Part shown: positions 62,861 to 64,000 of the stretch, one piece after another
Layout of the letters: every line of letters begins with the position of its first letter
Numbering within the stretch: the first letter of the stretch is position 1
Assembly: GCF_036321535.1 (NCBI RefSeq)
Contig: NC_087436.1
Location: forward strand, 19,470,001 to 19,534,000
Source of the DNA: Camelus dromedarius
Lineage: Eukaryota
DNA: 64,000 bases
Reading direction: 5' to 3'
The notes under the pieces: generated by a model
Database searches by the model: none
Seen by the model: the letters and a program-made list of their open reading frames with translations, nothing else
Told to the model about the DNA's origin: nothing
Made by a program: the position numbers and the translations under genes

Positions 62861-63319
62861 AAAAGGGAAATGGAAGAGGCTTCCACTATGTGTATTGGCT
62901 TATTTTTTTCCCCCTTATACTATGCACTTCTTGGAATCTTGGAAAACAAGGAAGTATCAGTGCCCTAAGTCCTCTTTGTACGTTTGCTTTGGCAGCCCCA
63001 TGTTAGCTGGCTCCATCAGAATAGCCTTCCTAAAGCCTTTCAAATCCATTCTTCCAACTTACCTACAAAATACAACTCTGACTTAACTTGATATAAATAG
63101 TGAACACGTCATCCACGTGAAAAACACCTTCATCTGACTGTCTGGCATTGGCTCTTTTTAGAAATGCAATAATCTCTCAATCTACCCAACTAACAGTTAT
63201 TACAGACCATCAGTGTGTGAGGCATTATACCTGGCATTATGGATGCAGGTAAGGAGATAACTGACGCATTTGCTTTCAAGAAGCTCAGAGGAGAGAAGGA
63301 CAGTTTTAGTGGCAGTAGT

Positions 63320-64000
63320 GTTATCAATAGTGGCGGCAGCAGTGTCATAGCCCTTCCTTGTGTCTGGCTCCATTCTAATACTTTGTATGAACTCATTTAA
63401 TCCTTGTATCAGCACTAGAAGTGGGTATGTTGGAGGACAGAGGGAACGAAGTGCCCACCGAACTGAGAAGGCATCTTGAGACTGAAAAACGAGTCAGGCA
63501 GCTCCATATAATCAACAGATCAGTTTATTATAGGGTAACTTCCTCGCAGGGTGGGGTCTGGGTCGGCAGGCAACGATCCAGAAGCATTCGCAGCTGCACT
63601 CTGCATCATGAGGGGGCCGTGGGGACAATTTTACAGTTAACCTAGGGTATGCGGGGCAGGTGCTTGGAAACGGGGCATGCATTCCTAAGTCAAGATTTGT
63701 GAATGGGTAACTAGTCTCGAGGGAGTCAGGAATACATCAGCAAAGGTTCTCATCATTGTTTGGGGACTAACAGAGCACAGAGGCCACCTGGTCCTAATGA
63801 TTATTAAACCCTATCTATTAACTTCAAAGCCCTTGATGGCAGAGGAGTGATTCACTGCACAGTACAGTGCTGGGGAGGGTCAGCAGAAGGACAGGAGAGA
63901 TCGTAAGGGCCCAAGATGGTGTCAGTTATGCTAAGAGTCATGCTCAGGTACTCTTATTATGTCCACTTTACAGATGTAGATACTGAGGTACATAAGTGTT
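63320..64000 (-). mobile_element. MIR split by a solo LTR
   Basis: 'aactcatttaatcc...gtgggta' rejoins 'ctcttattatgtccactttacagatgtagatactgagg'. Confidence 0.8.
63428..63946 (-). mobile_element. ERV solo LTR (519 bp, 4-bp TSD, ERV1-like)
   Basis: TG...CA termini, TSD ggta (63424-63427 / 63947-63950), minus-strand AATAAA at 63524-63529. Confidence 0.85.

Noticed and set aside
1..64000. ORF-track entries as protein-coding genes or a novel multi-gene system
   Set aside because: Short, often with non-ATG starts, low-complexity or inside repeats; expected by chance in mammalian non-coding DNA. No operon, CRISPR array or intact enzyme ORF is visible.

Overview
Mammalian nuclear DNA, AT-rich and CpG-depleted, with no prokaryote-style genes, operons or CRISPR arrays. 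The tRNA-derived SINEs resemble camelid Vic-1 and the young L1 3' ends are artiodactyl-type, so the source is probably a camelid (inference). Most of the window looks like a long intron or gene flank filled with transposon relics: young L1 3' stubs and SINEs, many with readable target-site duplications; old L1M, L2, MIR, CR1/L3 and one RTE-clade relic; MaLR and ERV solo LTRs; and hAT/Tigger MITEs. Almost all ORF-track entries are chance or repeat-derived; only 6869-7233 is recognisable protein (frameshifted L1 ORF2 C-terminus). The best gene-like signal is a possible + strand terminal exon with 3'UTR (~3352-5195), plus a few candidate cassette or non-coding exons and enhancer-like islands. I could not identify the host gene and found no convincing novel biological system. 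Repeat subfamily names come from recalled consensus similarity, and boundaries of old repeats are approximate.
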